The translations under genes and the position numbers were made by a program. The notes beneath the pieces were generated by a model, which saw only the letters and a list, made by a program, of their open reading frames with translations, ran no database searches and had not been told where the DNA came from. Below, in pieces: positions 47,723 through 54,510 of a DNA stretch of 64,000 nucleotides. Source of the stretch: Minisyncoccia bacterium (lineage in GTDB: Bacteria; Patescibacteriota; Minisyncoccia; UBA6257; GWB1-50-10); NCBI GenBank assembly GCA_049997815.1, contig JBEKVQ010000001.1:20642-84641 (forward strand), in the 5' to 3' direction. Within the stretch, counting starts at the first letter, position 1. The number at the start of each line of letters is the position of its first letter.

Positions 47723-47764
47723 TACAAAAATAAAGAGGTTATCCACAATGAAGTGAATAACCTC
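47723..47764 (-). terminator. rho-independent terminator of the DGR target gene
   Basis: gaggttat...ataacctc hairpin with a U-run on the minus strand, downstream of the target-gene stop. Confidence 0.5.
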
Positions 47765-47840
47765 TCAAAAATATGACGCGGACGAAAGGATCAAACGACA
47801 AAACGTCAAAAGGTCCAAGGGTCCAAGGTACAATGTTCGA

Positions 47841-48755
47841 TTACTGCGAGACGAAGCCGGAAGCCGAACCACAGGCGTCGCCAGCAGCGCCGACCCAGCG
47901 CGCGCCGAACCGGACCCGGCCGTCGTCGAACCCGAAGCGCGGGGCGCGGCCGAAAACGCCATCGGCCCCAGGAGAGAATTCGTCGCCGGCACAGTCGATC
48001 CAAAGATCGTCATAGTTCTGTAGACGTTCCGGATGAGTAAGAATCATTATCCCTACTGCGAAAGCACCAAGACCGAACTGGTTGTCTTTCATGACTTCCA
48101 GTGCCCGACGGACTGAACGGCCTCTGTGAAGGATGCCGAATTGCGCGGCCACGACGAGAATGTCGTGATCCTTCTGTTCTTCGCCAAGCTTCTGGAAAAT
48201 CTTCGCCGATTTCTCGGACTGACGGAGATTCTTCGGACCAAGCTGACCTTCACGGTAGTTGTAGAACTTGCCGTCGCGGGTCTTCTTGATCAGATCCAGA
48301 ACCTTCTGGACTGCTTCTCCGTAGGTCGGAGCAACACTCTGCCACTTCGGGATAGCAAACCATCCTTCGGCGTTTGCGGGAAGCGGCTGTTCGGCCAGTT
48401 TCTCGTCGGCGAATCCGATGCCGGGGATGAGCTGGCGCAGGATGTTGGTCTGCTCGGTGATACCCTTCGGTTTGTATCCGGAGAGGTATCCGTATTTCGA
48501 CGATACTTCTTCACTGGCGAACTGATTCGAAACGGAAAGTTCTTTTACTTTCGCAATCGAGAATTCCAACATCGCGGAGCGATATTCATCTCCCCGCCCG
48601 AGAAAACACTGGAGACTGTCTTTGTTGAAACCAGCCTTTTCAACGGCTATTTCGGCCACTTCTTCATTCAAGTCTTGAATGAATCGTTTGACCTGCTTTT
48701 TCTGACCGGGAGTGATCCCGTTAGATGTGATCGATGTATTTTTCATCGTCATCAC
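47841..48755 (-). CDS. DGR variable (target) protein
   Basis: 304-aa ORF whose last ~41 codons are the VR (…GADGVFGRAPRFGFDDGRVRFGARWVGAAGDACGSASGFVSQ). The C-terminal Gly/Trp-rich region is compatible with a C-type-lectin/FGE-like variable fold, but this is inferred. Confidence 0.7.
   Translation of the reverse strand: MMTMKNTSITSNGITPGQKKQVKRFIQDLNEEVAEIAVEKAGFNKDSLQCFLGRGDEYRSAMLEFSIAKVKELSVSNQFASEEVSSKYGYLSGYKPKGITEQTNILRQLIPGIGFADEKLAEQPLPANAEGWFAIPKWQSVAPTYGEAVQKVLDLIKKTRDGKFYNYREGQLGPKNLRQSEKSAKIFQKLGEEQKDHDILVVAAQFGILHRGRSVRRALEVMKDNQFGLGAFAVGIMILTHPERLQNYDDLWIDCAGDEFSPGADGVFGRAPRFGFDDGRVRFGARWVGAAGDACGSASGFVSQ
47847..47971 (-). repeat. DGR variable repeat (VR) at the 3' end of the target gene
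   Basis: 125 bp aligned to the TR with 28 mismatches, every one at a TR adenine. The shared A-free 3' end GGTTCGGCTTCCGGCTTCGTCTCG is IMH-like. Lies 3 bp from the target-gene stop. Confidence 0.8.
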
Positions 48756-48994
48756 CCTTTCAATTAGTGAATGTATGGGTTATTTAAATGAGCGTTCCTG
48801 AGATTCAAGAACGGTTTGATATTACCATATTATGGTATAAAAGTCAAATCAATAAATAGCTCTGTTTATAGAGGTATTCTTTAAAATAGTCTGGATTCTC
48901 AATGTTCAGCCTTATACTGAATTTTTGAGTAAGCTTTCAGTGGGCTCTTGGGACGCTCTGGATTCCTCCGGGGCTTCGCGTCATCTCTTGTGGT

Positions 48995-50341
48995 ATGAAT
49001 ACCCAAACCATGGGGGCGAACGGGACGGGAGCCTCCACAACAATCCCGGCCCAAGTAAAGGTCAAATACCTGCTCTATGCGAGGAAAAGCACGGAATCGG
49101 AGGAGCGGCAGATACTCTCCATTGATTCGCAGGTGAAGGAGATGCTTCAGCTGGCCGAGCGCGAGGGGTTGGAAATCTCCGAGATTCGGCGCGAAAGCCA
49201 CTCGGCCAAAGCGACCGGACAACGTCCGGTGTTCAACGAGATTATCAATGATATTCGCCTCGGCAAGTTCAACGGCATTCTCACCTGGGCGGCGGATCGG
49301 TTATCGAGAAATGCCGGGGATCTGGGCAAGCTCGTGGATCTGATGGATGAGAAACTCCTTGTTGATATCCGGACGTACGGCCAGCGATTCAGTAATTCGC
49401 CGAACGAGAAGTTTCTTCTCATGATCCTCGGGTCACAGGCGAAGCTCGAGAACGATAATCGGGGCGTGAACGTGAAGCGCGGACTGCGAACGCGATGCGA
49501 GATGGGATTGCGGCCGGGCGTAGCGCCCACTGGCTATCTCAACGAGAAAAGAATGGATAGAAAATGCCAAGTGCTCATCGACCCCGATCGCGCCCATATC
49601 ATCAAAAAGATTTTTGAGAAGGTAGCTAATGAACATTGGAGCGGAAGGAAGGTCTATCACTGGCTACGCTTCGATCTGAACTTCCGCACGAAGAGCAACC
49701 ACCACCTCTCGCTCGGAAACATCTATTTAATGATTCAGAATCACTTCTATTACGGAAGATTCGAGTATCCGGAAAAGAGCGGCATGTGGTATGACGGCAA
49801 GCACCAGCCGATTATAAGCAAAGAGTTGTTCGATAAAGTGCAGGAGCAACTGAAACGGGACCAGATCGTGCGGTCGGAAATAAAAGAATTCGCATTTACG
49901 AAGCTCATGACCTGCGGGCTCTGCGGATCGGGCGTGAGCGCCGAGGAGAAATATAAGAAGCTCAAAGATGGCACGTCGGCGCGATATGTCTACTATGGCT
50001 GCAGCCGGGCGCGGGACAAGAACTGCAAAGCCGGATATATACGCGAAGAGGATCTCATTGAACAGCTCGTGAAGGTTATGGACAAGCTCGATATAAGTGA
50101 GATCGGTATGCAGCATAAATTTGAAGAGGAAGTAGCAAGATTCAATAAATTCCAAAAGGGCATCCTCGGGATGCAGGGTATAAAAACCAATGCGAAAGAC
50201 GTAGATCTGCGTACCTACGCGAAGTATCTTCTCCGGGAAGGGAGTGCCATCGAAAAGCGTGAGCTACTGGCGTGTGTGAAGAGTAAATTTATATTCAAAA
50301 ACAAGCTTGTGCATCTAGAAAAAGCACTAACTGAGCAATAA
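48995..50341 (+). CDS. large serine recombinase
   Basis: Resolvase catalytic domain (YARKSTESEERQ with the nucleophilic Ser), a recombinase domain and a C-terminal zinc ribbon (CGLCGS...YYGCS). Confidence 0.8.
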   Translation: MNTQTMGANGTGASTTIPAQVKVKYLLYARKSTESEERQILSIDSQVKEMLQLAEREGLEISEIRRESHSAKATGQRPVFNEIINDIRLGKFNGILTWAADRLSRNAGDLGKLVDLMDEKLLVDIRTYGQRFSNSPNEKFLLMILGSQAKLENDNRGVNVKRGLRTRCEMGLRPGVAPTGYLNEKRMDRKCQVLIDPDRAHIIKKIFEKVANEHWSGRKVYHWLRFDLNFRTKSNHHLSLGNIYLMIQNHFYYGRFEYPEKSGMWYDGKHQPIISKELFDKVQEQLKRDQIVRSEIKEFAFTKLMTCGLCGSGVSAEEKYKKLKDGTSARYVYYGCSRARDKNCKAGYIREEDLIEQLVKVMDKLDISEIGMQHKFEEEVARFNKFQKGILGMQGIKTNAKDVDLRTYAKYLLREGSAIEKRELLACVKSKFIFKNKLVHLEKALTEQ

Positions 50342-50378
50342 AACCCTTATTTTATAAGGATTTTTATCAATTTAACCT

Positions 50379-52121
50379 ATGAAAACCTATGAACACTTGA
50401 CTTTATATTTGCAGTCTGATAGACTTGAATTACAAGCTATGAGAAAGGATATACAAGCAAAACTTAATGGAATGCCGGAATTGCTCTCTATCAGCCAGGT
50501 AGCTGAGATTTTCAATATTCACCCCGACACCCTCCGAAACTGGGAGAAGGAAGGCATTTTAGTGCCTCTACGGGCCGGTAAGCGCGGAGACCGCAAATAC
50601 CGCCCCCAGGACATTCAAACCATTGTGGACAAAATGGGCAGTAAGCTCACCCTGCCACAACTTGAGCAGTTCCTTTGGAAAAGCGCCGATATTCTCCGCG
50701 GCAAGATCGACAGCTCCGATTACAAGAAATATATATTCGGACTCCTCTTTTACAAACGAATCAGTGACGTTTGGGACGAGGAATATAAGCGAGTGATGGA
50801 AGAATATAAAGATGAGACGGTCGCGCGAGCTGATTACAACCACCGTTTTCAAGTACCTCAGGATTGCCGGTGGTCAGTTATTGAGGAGCAGGCGGAAAAT
50901 ATCGGCCCCAAGCTTAATGGAATCTTTGATAAGCTCACGAACGCCAACAGCCCGAAGCTGGACAAAATTTTTGACGACCTCGATTTTGCACACAAAGATA
51001 AATTTCCGAATGAAACCACTCAGCGTTTAATAAATCACTTTTCGCAATACAACTTTAGCGATACGTATATCAACTCCGATCTTCTTGGGGACGCATACGA
51101 GTATCTCATTAAGCAGTTTGCGGCTGATGCCGGGAAGAAGGGTGGGGAATTTTATACCCCGCGAGAAGTTGAGCGCGTTATCATCCAAATTCTGAAGCCA
51201 CACAAGAAAGATCACATATATGATCCTACCGTTGGATCAGGCGGTTTTCTTCTTGAAGCGTATCACCACCTAAAGGAAACAGATGGCGAAAAAATTGCAC
51301 GGACACTTTATCTCTATGGGCAAGAAATAAACATCGGAACATTTGCGATCGCGAAGATTAATATGTTTCTCCACGGACTTGACGCTGCAGATGTCCAGCG
51401 CGGTGACACACTCGCGAATCCTCAATTCTTGAACCCGAACGGAACGCTAAAAACATTCGACATCTGCGTAGCAAATCCTCCCTACTCAATTAACGACTGG
51501 GAAAGCGAGCTGTTTAAAGAAAGATATGGCCGAATTGAAGGTTACGAAATACCGCCGAAGAGTAATGCGGACTATGCTTTCGTACTCCATATCATAAAGT
51601 CAATGAATTCAAATGGCCGCGCAGGTATCGTATTGCCTCACGGTGTTTTATTTCGCGGTGGTGCTGAAGGACGTATCCGTGAACAGATTCTCAAGAACGA
51701 CCTTATTGAGGCGGTGATTGCGCTCCCACCTAAGCTTTTTTATGGTACCGGCATACCGGCGGCGATTCTCATTTTCAACAGAAATAAGTCGGAGGACCAT
51801 AAAAATAAAGTCTTCATCATTGATGCCGAGAAGGACTTTTCCGAAGGCAAAAACCAGAACTCACTACGCGTGCAGGATATCCAAAAGATTGTGAGGGCAT
51901 ATGAAAACTACACAGACATTGAGGGCTATGCTCGAGTCGTTGGCCTTAAAGAGATTGAGGAGAACGAGTACAGCCTCGGTGCGCGCAGATATATTGAAAA
52001 CGACGACAAGGAAGAGACTATAGATGTTTCTGCCGTTCGAAAGGAACTCCTCGCGATTCAAAAGGAACGCGCGGATATAGATAAAAAGGTTGAGGGATTT
52101 CTCTCGGATCTTAAATATTGA
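50379..52121 (+). CDS. hsdM: Type I restriction-modification methyltransferase subunit HsdM with an N-terminal MerR/Xis-type HTH extension
   Basis: HsdM N-domain, FYTPREV, and VANPPYSI (motif IV NPPY). The first ~85 aa form a HTH_17-like domain (LLSISQVAEIFNIHPDTLRNWEKEGIL). Confidence 0.9.
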   Translation: MKTYEHLTLYLQSDRLELQAMRKDIQAKLNGMPELLSISQVAEIFNIHPDTLRNWEKEGILVPLRAGKRGDRKYRPQDIQTIVDKMGSKLTLPQLEQFLWKSADILRGKIDSSDYKKYIFGLLFYKRISDVWDEEYKRVMEEYKDETVARADYNHRFQVPQDCRWSVIEEQAENIGPKLNGIFDKLTNANSPKLDKIFDDLDFAHKDKFPNETTQRLINHFSQYNFSDTYINSDLLGDAYEYLIKQFAADAGKKGGEFYTPREVERVIIQILKPHKKDHIYDPTVGSGGFLLEAYHHLKETDGEKIARTLYLYGQEINIGTFAIAKINMFLHGLDAADVQRGDTLANPQFLNPNGTLKTFDICVANPPYSINDWESELFKERYGRIEGYEIPPKSNADYAFVLHIIKSMNSNGRAGIVLPHGVLFRGGAEGRIREQILKNDLIEAVIALPPKLFYGTGIPAAILIFNRNKSEDHKNKVFIIDAEKDFSEGKNQNSLRVQDIQKIVRAYENYTDIEGYARVVGLKEIEENEYSLGARRYIENDDKEETIDVSAVRKELLAIQKERADIDKKVEGFLSDLKY

Positions 52122-52122
52122 T

Positions 52123-53412
52123 ATGAAAACGGCACAGACGACAATTCCGAATGGGTGGCAACAAGCAAAGCTTGGTGACATTGCTAAGTTACGTAAGGGA
52201 TTAACTTACAAAAGTTCACACTATTCAAATAAGCAGGATGGTTTAATTTTTCTTACTCTCAAGTCCATCCTAAGAGGGGGTGGTTTTAATACCGATGGGA
52301 TAAAGTTCTATTCTGGAGATTATGATCCTTCTGCTGTTGTAAATGAAGATGATTTGGTGATCGCAAATACTGATATAACACGGGATGCTGAAGTTGTTGG
52401 AGCACCGATGCTGCTCCCGGGTTTTCCAAAGAAACCCGTCTTAATCTCAATGGATCTTTCTGTTTTAGATATCAACGAAAGAGGTGCAAATAAACACTTT
52501 ATATATTATCTTTTACAAGCTCCAATGGCCCGTAATTTTATGAGAGACCACTCAAATGGCTCTACCGTCCTCCATCTCAAGACCAAAGACGTTCCTAGAT
52601 TCAGTTTTTTAATGCCAACTATTACGGAACAGAAAAAGATTGCGGAGATTTTGGGGACAGTAGATGCAGAAATTAAAAAAACCGACGAGATTATTATTGC
52701 TACAGAGAAGCTCAAAAATGGGCTAGTACGACAGTTGTTTACCCGAGGTATTGGACACACAAAATTTAAGAAAACTAAATTCGGTGATATTCCGGCAGAA
52801 TGGACTACAGAAAGTTTCAAAGATTCGTCAATTGAAATTATTGATGGCGACCGCGGAGTTAATTATCCAAAGCAAACCGACTTCTCTGATGACGGCTACT
52901 GCTTGTTTTTGAATAATAAAAATATAAAGAACGATGCTTTTCTTTTTGAAGATTGCAGCTTTATCACAAAAGAAAAAGATGGGACCTTGCGCAAGGGAAA
53001 GCTGAAGCGCTTTGATGTTGTGCTTACCACAAGAGGAACTGTAGGAAATATTGCGTTTTATGACAGTACCGTCCCATTTGAAAACATTCGAATAAACTCC
53101 GGAATGTTGATCCTCCGCGTTTCGAGAGGTTATGAGCCAGAGTTCCTGTACCGACTAATGAGAAATGAGTATATGAAAAGGAAATATACCGAAACGGCTT
53201 CAGGGTCTGCTCAACCGCAGCTACCCATTCGTAGTCTGGAAAATATTCTTATAGTTAAGCCAGATATTTCCGAACAAAAAGAAATAGTCGCAATCGCAAA
53301 ATCGGTTGACGAAAAAATTTCTGTGAACAAAAAATTGAGAGAGAAGCTCATTCTTCTCAAAAAGGGACTTATGCAAGATCTTTTGAGCGGCAAGGTAAGA
53401 GTAGTTACATAA
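52123..53412 (+). CDS. hsdS: Type I RM specificity subunit HsdS
   Basis: Two target-recognition domains separated by the conserved central region (LVRQLFTRGIGHTKFKKTKFGDIP) and the C-terminal conserved helix (LKKGLMQDLLSGKVRV). Start taken 1 nt after the hsdM stop. Confidence 0.8.
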   Translation: MKTAQTTIPNGWQQAKLGDIAKLRKGLTYKSSHYSNKQDGLIFLTLKSILRGGGFNTDGIKFYSGDYDPSAVVNEDDLVIANTDITRDAEVVGAPMLLPGFPKKPVLISMDLSVLDINERGANKHFIYYLLQAPMARNFMRDHSNGSTVLHLKTKDVPRFSFLMPTITEQKKIAEILGTVDAEIKKTDEIIIATEKLKNGLVRQLFTRGIGHTKFKKTKFGDIPAEWTTESFKDSSIEIIDGDRGVNYPKQTDFSDDGYCLFLNNKNIKNDAFLFEDCSFITKEKDGTLRKGKLKRFDVVLTTRGTVGNIAFYDSTVPFENIRINSGMLILRVSRGYEPEFLYRLMRNEYMKRKYTETASGSAQPQLPIRSLENILIVKPDISEQKEIVAIAKSVDEKISVNKKLREKLILLKKGLMQDLLSGKVRVVT

Positions 53413-53418
53413 ATTATT

Positions 53419-54507
53419 ATGCGATTCATAGACATATTTAAAACTGATGCAGCATCTATTCTCCAGAATCGAAAGAATGGGGTTATTTATACTGCGGACT
53501 TTGGAAGTGGCGAAGGGAAATATATTAGTTCCGCATTTGATAGTACTGATCCCGTTGATTTGAGTATTCAGATTTCTCCAAAAGTCGAAGTGAGAATCGC
53601 ATATATTTTTAACGGTGAACAAATCAGTGGGTTACAGATATCGAAAGTTAATAATAAGGGTGAGCTGGAAAAGATTCATCTTTCGACCTTGGATTGGGAG
53701 GGAGTGCTTGGTTTACTCCAGATATTCTCGGAGATGGATATTAAGGCATTAGCGCGCAAAAATTTGATTTTGAATGAAAAAATTACAGAGAATCCTCAGG
53801 AGTTGGAAGCATTCTTAAAAACTATTAGCACTGATCCGGAGGGAAAAGAGAAAATGACGGAAATCGTGAAAAACTTTGGTCTTATTAAGCGTGGCGATAT
53901 TGATGAAATCGCTGAACGTAGAGAGTCATCAGCTCTATTTGATAGATTACTCAATAATTCCACCGAGTTTGCTGCAAAGAAAACAGAATGGGGTGTCGGT
54001 AAAAATGAAGAGGTTTGGCAAAGATTTTTTAAAGAAAATGTATGGATTCTTGGTGCAGAGTTTATTGAGATTCTTAATGAACGGGTGCTCGATACAGAAA
54101 ACATAACAGACTATATTGTGAAATCGTATGACGGTTTTGCGGATATTATTGAATTAAAACTTCCGAGTGTACAATTTTGGAACGCAGATCTAACACCAAA
54201 TAGTGACTTAGCAAAAGCACTCATGCAGTGTATGCGTTATATTTCGGCAATTGAAAGAAGGATCAACGACCTTGAGCTTAATAAAAAACTTGGTCGAACA
54301 GCTATTGTGAAACCTAGAATCACATTGATTTTTGGCCGGTCGAATAATTGGACAGATGAACAGAGGGAAACATACAGAATTTTAAATGCCAATTTTCATT
54401 CCATAAGTATTTTGACTTACGATCATGTTTTTGAGAGGGCAAAAAGGATGACTGCTAATAATATGCGTGACGTTGATGATATAAAACCGGAAGTTATCAC
54501 ATTTTAA
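53419..54507 (+). CDS. uncharacterised protein with a PD-(D/E)xK nuclease-like motif (possibly DUF4263/Shedu-like), embedded in the Type I RM operon
   Basis: ITDYIVKSYDGFADIIELKLP gives a D...ExK arrangement, followed by QCMRY. Sits between hsdS and hsdR with 6-bp and 3-bp gaps. Confidence 0.45.
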   Translation: MRFIDIFKTDAASILQNRKNGVIYTADFGSGEGKYISSAFDSTDPVDLSIQISPKVEVRIAYIFNGEQISGLQISKVNNKGELEKIHLSTLDWEGVLGLLQIFSEMDIKALARKNLILNEKITENPQELEAFLKTISTDPEGKEKMTEIVKNFGLIKRGDIDEIAERRESSALFDRLLNNSTEFAAKKTEWGVGKNEEVWQRFFKENVWILGAEFIEILNERVLDTENITDYIVKSYDGFADIIELKLPSVQFWNADLTPNSDLAKALMQCMRYISAIERRINDLELNKKLGRTAIVKPRITLIFGRSNNWTDEQRETYRILNANFHSISILTYDHVFERAKRMTANNMRDVDDIKPEVITF

Positions 54508-54510
54508 TTT

